DNA of 64,000 bases, taken from the NCBI GenBank assembly GCA_964016885.1, contig OZ024742.1:323888001-323952000 (forward strand), in the 5' to 3' direction. The translations under genes and the position numbers were made by a program. The first letter of the stretch is position 1. The number at the start of each line of letters is the position of its first letter. The notes below the pieces were generated by a model. The model ran no database searches and was not told where the DNA came from. It was given only the letters and a program-made list of their open reading frames with translations. The stretch is from Eledone cirrhosa (taxonomy: Eukaryota). Shown in pieces: positions 15,931 to 27,775 of the stretch.

Positions 15931-16580
15931 CTAAAATGTCAAAATAAAACACCAACATTACAAGTTTTCCCCAACATTTATGCAATTCCATAAAAACAAA
16001 TTCTCACATAAGACTGTATAAATATAAGATCAACAAAGAAGTTATTTCTCACTGTATAGTATGCCTCATGCTTATAAACCCCACCTACACCTGCCACACA
16101 CTGTTTAGTGAGGCAAGGAAGGGCAATATCCATAATCCTTTTCAGGTCCAGGAAATCAGGCTCAAATGTTTGCAACAGAGTGGGCTCTGTTAACTTTTTC
16201 AGTGCTATAGATGAGATAACTCGTCCTAACATCTATGCATTTCAGTGCAACGGACGAGATAACTCATCCTAACGTGTTTGAACTCCTTTCCAACAGTTCA
16301 TAAATTCAAAGCTAGATGGTGTTACTAGTTTATTGATGTGAACCCCCCCCCCCCCCAGCACAGCAACTGTAGCTGTGTAAAATACACACGGCAGTCAACA
16401 GGTTAAAGAAATCAAAGGGACAGGTACTAGTGTTAAGATAAGCAACAAATTAAATCTATCATCCAAGTTGACTATGGTGGGATTTGAACTTAGAACATAA
16501 AGAGCTGGAACAAGTATCATCAGGCATCTCATCCAACATTAATAACTACCAATTTACTGCTTTATTTTCAAAATTATTTC

Positions 16581-16730
16581 AAAATCATAGGCAGTCTTTT
16601 ATTAGTAAGATAGCAATGAAAGGGTTAAAGACATAGACAGTGTCTTTCATTAGGAATATGGCAATGAAAGGGTTAAAGACATAGAGAGTCTTTCATAAGG
16701 AATATGGCAATAAATTGTTAAAGGCATAGG
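16581..16730. repeat. About 3 tandem copies of a ~49-bp MITE-end sequence (…gcaatgaaagggttaa)
   Basis: Repeated catag..agtctttcattaggaatatggcaatgaaagggttaa; the same end occurs at 49525-49570 and 55505-55549. Confidence 0.65.
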
Positions 16731-16924
16731 CACTCAGGAGCGAAAGGTTTATGTATGCAATGCATGCTTTACTTTTTTTCCAGAATAAATAATTTTCATG
16801 AAATATCAAATTAATTATTGATAACTTTCACTTTCCTCATTGTATGCGTGATTTATTTTTATATCTCTTATTCTTTAATTTCTTAGAATAAATGGTGAAC
16901 AAGTGATATTATTTAAATAGAAAA

Positions 16925-17112
16925 AGGACGGTGAATTGGCAGTATCGGTAGAGGGTTGGACGCCATGTTTTCTAGCATAGTTACGTCCCTTTACAGTCTG
17001 AGTTCAAATGCCGCCGAGGTTAACTTTGCCTTTCATCCTTACGGGGTCGATAAAATAAAGTACCAGTAATGTACTGGGTAATTGCTGGCCTTATGCCTAA
17101 AGTAGAAAATTA
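16925..17112 (+). mobile_element. tRNA-derived SINE
   Basis: A-box-like tggcagtatcgg, B-box gagttcaaatgcc, and gcctttcatccttacggggtcgataaaataaagtaccag core. Confidence 0.8.
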
Positions 17113-18665
17113 TTTAAATACAAAAAGCTCTTGTTGATCAGCAAAAAAAAAAAAAAAAAAAAGAATAAAAAGCAGCGAATAAATTGCTTTCATTTTTTAT
17201 TCCCTTTGAACAGGGACTATGAAAGAAGAAAACAAATGAGTGGAAGGGAGGTTAAAGAGAGCAAAGCAAAATTATTTCTGCTTCCCTAAGAAAAAGCACT
17301 AATACATTTTTTCCTATTGAAAAGGGAGCTTGAAAATTAGAGAAAACAAAAGGAACCCTTTTGTTGCTTTCCAACTGTATTAAGCCTGCAGGCACACTAT
17401 CAACATATTTTCTCCTGATACCCTGTGTGGCTGAGATCAAATGTATGTATGTATGTTGGTTGTCCAGTGGGACTATAGTGAAGTGGTCACCTTCTGCTCC
17501 TATGCCCTATTTTTATGTCATTGTTGTTTAGCCCCAGGTCAATTCTGACCAAACATACCAAATCAAATAGTATGATCAAAGGTATTCCAAGTGTCACCGC
17601 CCCTACACTTTTTTTAAGGGCATATCTATGTCTTCCTTTTTTAAGACAATGGAGTCTGATTAGAGGTTAAATTGCAATTTCTCGTAAGTTGTGCGACCAC
17701 ATAAAGGCTCCCTAAACATTTTAACATATAGGAAAGTTTGCCATTAAGGATAACTGTTTCATTACCATATTTCTAATAAAAGAGACTGTCTATGATTTGT
17801 ATTGTAGAACCAGGGCTGGTTTCAGGTGGTTTAGTAAGGTTAATGATAAAAAAAAAAGTGAAACATACATAGGGGTAGTAATTTTCATTAGATATAGATT
17901 AAAAAATAATAGTCATGCAAGAGTTAATCAAGACTCAGGTAAGAAAATAGGTAAGCAATTAGAATTTTGTTAACCATGATTTTTATGATGAGATGATCTT
18001 CTTAACATCAGCCACTTTACAAAGTATGTTGGATGCATTTTATCATGGAACCAGCACTAGCAGGATTGTCATGTCTGTGATGTGGTTGAAGAGTCCTTTC
18101 TTCCCCTTTTGGCATGATTTTTATGACTGAGTGCCCTTTGTAGCATCAACTGCTCTACAGTGTGTACTGGCTGCATTTTATCATGGAACCAGCACTAGAG
18201 GGATTATTATGTTGATATGACTTGAAGAGTCCTCTTTACATAGGCTTGACTTGTATTTTGATCAAAATTGCTTTATTTACTTTTGTTGTCTGGATCTGTT
18301 TTTCAGAAAGTAAACTAAAATGTACCAGTATGCTTTTGGGGAGGTAAAAAAAAAAATGACAAACATCTCAGTACATTTTTGGGGCACTCAAAGTGTTAAA
18401 AAGCAGCACGTTAGTTTTATAGCAGTAGATGTCACAACAGATGAAACAATTAATAACAAATAAAATAACAATTAGTTGAAACATTTAGAAAACATTTTAG
18501 AATAGTTAAAATAAAATATAAAAAATGTTGACAAAAATTAATTAGATAATAATGAAAGGGGACTGAGGATAGCAGGTAACAAAGCAAGCAAAAAAACAAA
18601 ACAAAAAAAAAATAAGAATAAAAATTTTTTCATTGGTATTTCAAAAGGGATGGGGAGGCACTTAC

Positions 18666-18725
18666 TTTTTCTGATAAATTGGTCATTGTTGATGACACCT
18701 CTTGAAATATTTTCGCTTCTGATAC
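18666..18725 (-). CDS. ARFGAP1: ARFGAP1 60-nt exon, copy A (VSEAKIFQEVSSTMTNLSEK), probably alternative
   Basis: cacag acceptor, gtaagt donor, phase 0/0, open frame. Similar to vertebrate VKEGKIFDDVSSGVSQLASK. Confidence 0.75.
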
Positions 18726-19037
18726 CTGTGTATCAGTACAGTATAGGAGTGGTGGTGGTAGCAGCAGCAATAACAACAACAAAGTCATGCAGGTAATAAA
18801 CACAAATAAACAATGAAAAGGAAAAAGAATGCAGGTGCAATAATAAATAAGAGACAAGTAAGTAGCATGTGATTGTAAAAGTGATGTAGAAAAAATCTGT
18901 TCCACTAGTCAAATTAACTGAATACAGAAATATAAACAATGACAGGAATAATATAGGTGTTTATACACTAAATTAACATCATTTGGTGCCCCAGCATGGC
19001 CTCAACCAGAGTGCTGGAACAGGTAAAAGAATATATT

Positions 19038-19067
<30 letters not shown>

Positions 19068-19071
<4 letters not shown>

Positions 19072-19347
19072 TTATTAAAATAACAGATTAAAGTTTAAGC
19101 AAAGAATTGCTGCTTTCACCCTTAACAGGATCTTCTGAAACTAACAAAGTCAATCTGTAAATCTGCGTTTACAGATTGACTTTGTTAGTTTCAGAAGATC
19201 CCGTTAAGGGTGAAAGCAGCGATTCTTTGCTTAAACTTTAATCTGTTATTTTAATAAATATTTGCTCTACGGTTCTTATATATTTGATATATATTTATCC
19301 TTATCGAGCCTTCTTTGGATTTTAGTCTTCAAATTTATTATTATTAC
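19068..19347 (+). mobile_element. Penelope-like terminal fragment with inverted 5' duplication (94-bp-arm hairpin) and hammerhead-like motif
   Basis: 19068-19161 is the reverse complement of 19168-19261 with 2 CpG-type mismatches. TA tracts on both sides; CAGAAGA...GAAA core at 19192-19215. Confidence 0.65.
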
Positions 19348-19390
19348 TATATATATATATATATATATATAAATATACACATACACACAT

Positions 19391-19900
19391 ACAGGGTGAG
19401 TGAAAAGAAACTATTTAAAATTGTTGATAACTTTATCAATTATTGGTTGATTTTCATAAAACATGTTTTATTTTGAACAGTATAATGGTAGAAATACAGT
19501 ACAGTGTTAACATTGTACATAGGTATCAGCGTTGTTCTCTAGTGTTTGTAATTGTCTGGGTATATGCTCAACTGACTTCATCAAGAACTCAGGCAGTAAG
19601 TTGGTCAGCACATAATAAATGTTTGTATGTGTAATATACTCGTTGTAACTCAAAACCAAATCCTCTGGCCCAATTGGGCCAGAGGATTTTGTTTTGAGCT
19701 ATAAACTTCTTCCTTTACTCACTCCCACAGGAAAAAATTGCAAGGTGTTAAGTCACGGCTTCTTCCTGGACCTCAATGACCTGAAAATTGGACATTAAGC
19801 AACTTATGGACAGTGTGTGCAAAAAGAGAAGGGGCCCCATCTTGAATGAATTGATTTTGTCCCAAGAAATGAAGAGAAGCCTCCATTGGGATTTTACTGA
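19391..19900 (-). mobile_element. Degraded Tc1/mariner-superfamily DNA transposon remnant
   Basis: TA-cagggtg end at 19389-19397. Minus-strand remnants FIQDGAP and RSRDLTPCNFFLW match the QDGAP and SPDLTPxDFFLWG motifs. Confidence 0.65.
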
Positions 19901-20293
19901 ATGTGTGTGTCAACTCTGTACCATGAACACTTCATATATATTGTAGGGGTGTATATGAAAGCATATATGATATGTTTATGTATAATAAACATATGGGAGT
20001 CTTTCTATGAATTATTTTAAAAGCTGTGATAATGTCACAGCTATCTCAGTGGCAGTGAGAATGCTACTCATTTACTCATTCACAACTAAGACAAAATAGA
20101 CCAAAACCTATATATACCGTATTTGCTGGCCTATATTTTATGCTATATTTTAATGTTTATAGGCATTTTTAGGGACCACGTCGAATATTTGCGCTTTTTC
20201 ACTCTTCATGGGTGCTTTAGGAATGTAACCCCCATGAATACTGGGAGACAACTGAATGTGTGCGTGTATATATATAAATATATATATATATAT

Positions 20294-20330
<37 letters not shown>

Positions 20331-20568
20331 ACATTTGAAACCAGAAGCAACAAATATGGAAACAAGAGAATTAGCAAAATAAAAGTCTGGAAATATAAGA
20401 GATACACTAGAAATGTATGTTAAACTTTAGGCAGTCTTCAAGATTATAAATAATAACCCCCCCCCCCCCCCCCCCAAAAAAAAAATAAAGTCTCAAAGCA
20501 AGAAGAAAACTCGATGGCAAACTATTACGATGAAGTATATATCTTGCATACACAGATATATTCATATA

Positions 20569-20856
20569 CACACAGACACAAACACAGAAGCAGGAATACA
20601 CATACACACAGACACAAACACAGAAGCAGGAATACACATACACACAGACACAAACACAGAAGCAGGAATACACATACACACAGGCACAAACACAGAAGCA
20701 GGAATACACATACACACAGGCACAAACACAGAAGCAGGAATACACATACACACAGACACAGAAGCAGGAATACACATACACACAGACACAAACACAGAAG
20801 CAGGAATACACATACACACAGACACAAACACAGAAGCAGGAATACACATACACACA
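20569..20856. repeat. 36-bp minisatellite, about 8 copies (cacacagacacaaacacagaagcaggaatacacata)
   Basis: Direct reading; one unit lacks a 6-mer. Confidence 0.92.
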
Positions 20857-21066
20857 TACACAAAACTACTGAAAAAACCAAAAAACCCCCAACAATATAA
20901 GAAATATTTACAAAAACAATGCAATTCAAATTTCAAATCATGTCATCTTGTTTCTCAGTGATGCTGCTTGAGAATTATATTAAGGGTGTACAATCCTGTG
21001 GAATACTCAACCACTTTGCATCAATAAAAGTGGTCATTCAGTTCATTGAATAATTGGCTGTTCATA

Positions 21067-21953
<887 letters not shown>

Positions 21954-24559
21954 TATGTTTCCTCAACAGCAGAGTCCATTATACACATGCACATAGACAC
22001 ACACCATCATCATCCTCATTAGTTTCACGGTTGTGGGAAAAAGGAAAAAGAATGTCTAAATGTATCAGATGTTAGTCCTTCATCAGGAAGGAGTCAAGTT
22101 GGAGAGAAAGAAGAGGTTTGAAGGTTGAAGAAAAAAAAGGTTTATATATATGGACACACACACAAGCCCACATATATATATATGGATATGCATATATCAT
22201 TCATCAATGTATATTGGCAATGGTGTAAATATCATCATGAGAAACAAAACAACCTCAAAATGGCAAGTGTTTTAATGTCATTTTTCCTGCTAATACAAGG
22301 GTTAGCATTGTAGGCCCCATTATGAATTTCATAGTCACCCTGGGTTCCTTTTTGAAACAATGCCTTTCATGGCACCAATCATTTTATGTTCCTCTTATGA
22401 CAGAGATACAGTGTACCTATCATAAACTGGATACACACAGTATTATATGAAATAGAGAAATACTCAACAACGTTAAGAATTATTTAAATTAATCAAGAAC
22501 ACTACTACATCACTCTTACAAGACAATTAAATGAGCAAAATGTGAATTTGAGACAGGCTCAAATAGGATTTAGATTTTCCAACAAATCTAAAGACTTTAG
22601 TGTTTTAAAAGCTCTTAAATGTTGATAAGAAAACATGGCTGGGTCTAGTAGAAAGAAAAAGAAATGACAATTCTTTTTATAAGAATTCCATAGATCAGCA
22701 TGATACAGGATGTTTGATAGCAATCTTTTGACATGATAAATATAACAAACAGCTGAGTAATGAGATTCTTGCAGAGTTATATTAAAGTACTTATGGGGCC
22801 CTTAGTGACCATTTGGGACCCTGAGTACCTACTTGCTCACAAGAAACCTCATGAAAATTTAAAATACATGAACATTAGAATGATGCTGAAAAAGAAAAAG
22901 AAACGTGTTAAATAGACCTCTACACCAGAGTGTTGGAAGAAATGCTTTGTAATATTTATTTTGACTCCTTGCATTCTGAGTTCAAATCTTGTCATGGCCT
23001 ACTAGGGTAAACTTAACATTTCTAATAAAATATTTCAAATAATTTTAAAAATTATCAGGAAAAGATTTAGTAGTAAAATTAACTTTATGATTATTAAGTT
23101 ATTGTTTGGAGAACAACTAAACCCTATAGCATTCCATTACTCTCTATATATACTATTGTATTTTTGTGGTAAAGGCATCTCACATAATGGCCGGTTTGAA
23201 CAGAAAGTGGTGAGAGAATTCTGGCCGGATAGGGCCAGTTTAAATGCTAAAGGGTTAAAAGGTTCTTACACAAGATTATGAAGGAATGTTTCTAGATAAA
23301 TATAAACACTTCAAGACATACAGTTCTGTTTTATAGAATGGGGAGGAGGGTTCAAGAGGTTTTGTGTCAAAAAGTTAATCTATCACCTGGTTTAACTACT
23401 TTCTTGTACTTGGGTGAGTGATGCTACTGCTAATTCTATTTTTGTGAATATTTTCTGAGACCAAAGACTTAAAATCATCAAGTGATTACAGAAATGGTTT
23501 TTGATCAAAGAGATGTGAGTTTAGATCTCATCCATGGCTCTATACTAAACTATGCTCTAGACAAAGTGATGAGACCCACTTAGTATTGCCTTATTTAAAA
23601 TTAGAAGAGGGAAGGAGAGAGGTAGGAAGATAGAGATAGAGAGTGAGAAAAAAGATAGATAGAATAGGTACACTGTATCTCTGCATGCTGTAAGAAGTAA
23701 CTAAAAAGGTTGATGTCAGAAAGGGCATCTGGCTGTAAAACATTGTCTCAAAAAATTCCAATCATCCCATGGCAGTGTAGAAAAGTTGATGTAAAGCAAT
23801 GACGATGATATATATATAGAGAGAGAGCATACGACTCAGTGAGCACTAAACTAACAGGAGAAAAAAAAAATTGTGGTTAAATGGTTAGCAGTGTTGAGAG
23901 AGAGTCCTTTTTACACAAGAATGAAGGAAGGAATCAGTGAAGAATAAATTTAAAGAACAAAATATAAAAAAAGAAACCCCAAAACAAAAACAAAAAAGTT
24001 TAGATGAATGTGTAGAGAAAGGAAATATTTGAATCTTGTATTAAACATTTTCGATTTTTTGTTCATGTGTAAATATCTGGAACAAGTTTTGTGATGGAAT
24101 TTAGTGCCTAAGGGAGATGACTTTTCACACAAGTTTTTATTGTTATTGTCTTCACCATCAACATTATACAATAAAAAAAAAGTCTTCTTTGTATAATGTC
24201 CCTGACATGTCTCCCTCATTTCCGTATGACCTGCTTAATTTTTAATGCTTCATGTAATCATATGTATGAATGACAATGGATGTAATTGCTCTTATTGGAT
24301 AAATAAAGGAAATTATTATTATTATTATTAGCTCAAATACTGTTGAGGTCAACTTTGATTGTATTCTTTTCAGAATCAATAAAATAAAAACATACAAATA
24401 CTAAGGTCGATTAAATTGATTAAAACTCCCACCCAAAATTTCTGGCCTTTTGCTTGTCTTAAAATCAATTATTATTAATTGACAGAAGCAAGTGGTGGAT
24501 TAACTGAGTTGTGGGGAGTGGCATATTTTAAACATCGACTCAACTAGTGTCAAACAAAT

Positions 24560-25658
24560 ATCATCATCATCACCGTTTTATGTCCGATCTTCCACACTAG
24601 CGTGGGTTAGGCGGGTTGTCCTGTTGTGGGCAGTGTCTGATCGGCTGACCTTGTCTTGCTCATACAGGAACTGATTATGGCTTGATTTCTACAGCTGGAT
24701 ACCCTTCCTAACATCAACCTCATTTACAGTGAGTGCTGGGTGCTTTTTTCCGTGGCACCTACACGTCCACTTTACAGTGTGGGCTGGGTGCTTTTTTGCC
24801 GTGGCACCTCCACGACCACTTTGCAGTGGGAGGGTGTGGGGGTATATTGTCTATATGCTTCAGCTTCAGCTGGGGGGGGGAGTCTTCTGTATTACTGCGT
24901 GACACCAGAGGTCACGGTCGTGTGTCATCGTCTTTGAGAGGTGTAATTGGGTAAAGTCGGCTTTTATCACCTCATCCCAGGTCTTCTTGGGTTTGCCCAC
25001 TCCGCGGTTTCCATCGACTTCTAGTGCTCTGCACCTTTTTATGCAGCTGTCATCCTTCATACGCATCACATGTCCATACCAACGCAACCACCTCTCCTGC
25101 ACACAGCATTTTATTCCTCTTATGTTCAGTCTCTCTCTCAATTCATTTATGCTTTGCCGTTCGCGTATATTACTATTACACATCCATCGGAGCATGCAGG
25201 CTTCATTTCTTTCTAATCTAGGCAAGTCTTCCACAGACAGCGCCCAGGTCTCACTACCATGTAACATCGCTGTTCATATACATGCATCATACAGTCTGCT
25301 TTTCATTTTGAGGGAAAAGCCTTTTGCAACTAGCAGTGGCAGTAGTTCCCTGAACTTCTTCCATCCCGTTCTTACCCTAGTTATTGTACTTTCTGAACAC
25401 CCACCTCCGCTGCTAATTCGGTCACCTAGGTAGCAGAAGCTGTCTACTGTTTCTACAGAGCCCTCCCAGAGTTTGGTGGTACTTGTTTCCTGTGGCTGTT
25501 TGCTGCTTGCTGTCCAAGCACAGCTGCTACATGTGAAGCCAACATTCTTAGTTAAGCTTCCTGAGATCCCGCTACATCTCTTGTGTACCCATTGTTTGTA
25601 TTTGGGGCAGAGAATGGAGTTCCTACCTACATCTTTCCTACATACTGAGCAAGGCCAT
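24560..25658 (-). mobile_element. RTE LINE family 2, 5'-truncated, mutated copy
   Basis: PHD and C-terminal peptides interrupted by a stop; (GAT)n tail. Confidence 0.9.
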
Positions 25659-25783
25659 ATACATATATATGAATCTAAATATAATAGAATCAAATTCCCA
25701 TAGTAATTGCCTCCATCTCTCACTATTATGAGCAAATGGGGGCCCACGTGTTGTCCCGTGGCCCCAGCAGACAGAATAAATAA

Positions 25784-26205
25784 GGCAGAGTTGTTAGAAC
25801 ACCATATAAATTGTTAGCAGTATTTGTTCTGGCTCTTTATGTTCCAAGTCCAAACTCCACTGAGGTCAACTTTATCTTTCATCCTTCTGAGGTTGATCAA
25901 ATGAATTTCAGTCAAATACTGGGGTTGATGTAATAGACTTCCCCTACCCCTAAAATTGCTGGCCTTGTGCCTAAATCAGAAATCATTATTTGATAGAATC
26001 ATTAGAATTTTGAATAAAATACTTTGCAGTATTTGTTATAATTCTTTATGTTCTGAGTTCACAACCCATCAAAGTTAACTTTGCCCTTCATCTTCTTGGG
26101 GTCGATGAAAAAAAATGTCACTCAAATACTAGGGCTGATATAATGACGTTCCGCAACCTCAAAATTGCTGGTTTTGTGCCCAAATTAGAAACCATTATTA
26201 TTATT
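25784..26205 (+). mobile_element. Two tandem tRNA-derived SINEs (degraded)
   Basis: Same core as 16925-17112, with ggccttgtgcctaaa..agaaa.cattatt tails. Confidence 0.7.
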
Positions 26206-26416
26206 ATGCAGGCTTTGTTTCTTTCTAATCTATGCAAGTCTTCTACAGACAGCGCCCAGGTCTCACTACCATGTAACATTGCTGTTCGTATACACACATC
26301 ATACAGTCTGCCTTTCATTTTGAGGGAAAAACCTTTTGCAGCTAGCAGTGGCAGCAGCACCCTGAACTTCTTCCATCCTTTTCTTACCCTAGTTATTGTA
26401 CTTTCTGAATACCCAC
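26206..26416 (-). mobile_element. Internal fragment of RTE LINE family 2
   Basis: LLPLLAAKGFSLKMKGRLYD...ERNKAC peptide. Confidence 0.85.
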
Positions 26417-27775
26417 AGCATATATCATAATTAAAAATAAATTATGGGTTGTCATCAAGAAAGGCATCCAGCAGAAGAATAACTACCTAGAAAATGTCTT
26501 GTCTAACCAATTCATGGCCCAGTTGTTAGTGTTAGTTATGATCATACTTTTATGGGTTCAATCCCCGGACTGAACAGCACATTGTGCCCTTGAGCATGGC
26601 ACTTCATTTTATGTTACTCCAGTCTACTCATATGAAAAAAAAACAAACAGAAACAAAATGAGAACTAGTAGCATCAGCACCTGCAATGGACTAGTGTCCT
26701 CTCAGGCATTTACTCTCACGTCTTGAATAATCGTAACTACTCAATTATTAATTTTTCAGATTTTTCTCAACTACCTCGCTTATTAAATTTTGCTAATCTA
26801 TCTCTGACAAAATTTTCTATATACATTAAAAAACATTATACATGACAAAACAAAGTACATTACTAGAAATCCCACATGTTATGAAATAAATAGGATGGGT
26901 TGGGGTTTCAATATGTAAACTACCTGGTTTAAAAAAAAAAAAAAAAAAAAAAATCAATGGAGAAAGCCTAGAAAAATTATTGATTTTCCAGCATCCTGCT
27001 TATTCCCTATTATCTGGGACCCGAGAGTAACTCTATATGAAACCAGACGAGCCTCAAAGTTATAGAAAAATATTTTTAACCAACCAATGCGAGCACAAAA
27101 AAAGCAGATGCAAAGATGATAATGATGGTGGTGGAGTTAATGATGATCATAGTGATGATGATGGTAATGATATTGATGGTGATGACAATAAATACCTCTA
27201 AAGAATATGGAAAAGGAAACTGGTTCTCAAGAACCTGAATGGTAGGTGTTGAAATGCTTGATTACATTAAGAATATTGTTTTTTTTTGCATTAGATTCTA
27301 TTTTATTTGCACGCACACACACAACATTGCTAGTAGGGAAAGCTGATGTTAAAATGATATATATATATATATATATATCATCATCATCATCATCATCAAC
27401 GTTTAACGTCCGTGTTCCACGCTTGCATGGGTTTGGACGGGGGTAGTCCCACTTGAGGCAAGAGTGATTGTCTTGCTCGCATAGGACTGTCTGGCAGGTT
27501 TTCTACAGTTGGATGCCCTTCCTAACACCAACCACATTTACAGTGTGGGTCTGGGAGGTTTTTACCGTGTTGCCTACACGGCCACATTACAGCGTGGACT
27601 GTGTGTTTTTTTGTCGTGACACCTACACGATCTCATTTGTTTCGGCCTCGAAGGCGCGGCACCAACATAACTTTACATAGAACGGGGTGGTGTGGATCGG
27701 GTGGGGGTGGGGGTGGTGGGACGGGGTGTATTTTGTTAGAGATGCCTACTGGCTGGAGTAGGTTTTACTATATAT

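Noticed and set aside
20569-20856. CRISPR-like periodicity of 36 bp
   Set aside because: Contiguous tandem units with no unique spacers, in eukaryotic DNA.
20407-20961. Repetitive Cys/His-rich ORFs
   Set aside because: Readings of a 36-bp minisatellite, open in many frames.
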